In this document: piece after piece, positions 63,353-64,000 of the stretch
Position numbering within the stretch: the stretch's first letter is position 1
Layout of the letters: every line of letters starts with the position of its first letter
Assembly: GCF_009914755.1 (NCBI RefSeq)
Contig: NC_060928.1
Length of the DNA stretch: 64,000 nucleotides
Origin: the human T2T-CHM13v2.0 reference genome, Homo sapiens
Direction: 5' to 3' (one strand)
Made by a program: the position numbers and the translations under genes
Notes under the pieces: generated by a model
The model's database searches: none
What the model was told of the DNA's origin: nothing
What the model saw: the letters and a program-made list of their open reading frames with translations, nothing else

Positions 63353-64000
63353 CTGATTAAAAAACGAAATGAAAAGAATCCTTAAACTTAATGATCTATA
63401 GTAGAAGATAAAAGTCTGTCTACATTTTATCACATGGACTTTTGTTTGCTTTATTCTGAGCCATTTCTTTCCACTTTAGACTGAAACTATGTGGTTTCAA
63501 AATGTTATGTTATACCAGGCAAATACATTCAACTTAAATATATTCAAATTTTAACTAAGAACAGATGAATTGAACTGTTATCACTTATCTAGAAAATCAA
63601 TGTGAGACTTCTTTCAAATTTGTACTAACATTAAGAATCACTGTGTATGGAGAACTTCAAGGAAATGAACTGAAGCAACAAAAAAAGGATGAAGCGGATA
63701 ATAACCAAAACTCCTTTACTTAATCAATAAACTCCATGGACTAACACAATAGCTGACTATATTACTAAATTATAAAATCTACTTTTATATTTTTCCATTA
63801 TATGTCTTAGAAATACTTTTTATAAACTTCTAGTTCTGTAAACTTCTTGTTTTATCATAGGTTAAACGGATTATATTTCCTGAACTGTCTCAACAATGGA
63901 CCACTGATCACTGGGTGAGACAACCTCTATACATTAATGTTGCTTCAAATCAATATACTGCTAATTTTTATTCCTATCTTTTAAAACTTCCATCTTTTCA

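Overview
Human (or great-ape) genomic DNA: AT-rich, CpG-poor and dense in Alu, L1, L2, MIR, LTR and DNA-transposon remnants. The only host protein-coding gene I can support is the 3' end of SCLT1 (sodium channel and clathrin linker 1, a centriolar distal-appendage coiled-coil protein) on the minus strand. Five GT-AG exons (63160-63352, 56820-57016, 11259-11337, 8879-8974, 4677-4739 plus 3'UTR) splice into one open frame ending ...AASLMNLENI*. They correspond to exons 17-21 if the CDS is 688 aa. A ~45 kb intron holds a full-length, TSD-flanked, disabled L1PA4-like element antisense to the gene, a Tigger3b, an older L1PA15/16-like element and nested ancient L1M fragments. I see no prokaryote-type system (CRISPR, operon) and no confident RNA gene. 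Best leads: (1) the L1 keeps its antisense promoter region, an open ORF0 with a splice donor pointing at the last SCLT1 exons, and an antisense polyA hexamer (gene-breaking configuration); (2) a ~450 bp imperfect palindrome joined to a 133-bp tandem duplication in intron 17; (3) an old duplication of the sequence next to exon 19 beside a possible poison exon; (4) exons 17+18 form a 390-nt stop-free circle. Repeat subfamily names were recognised by eye; boundaries without a stated TSD are approximate.
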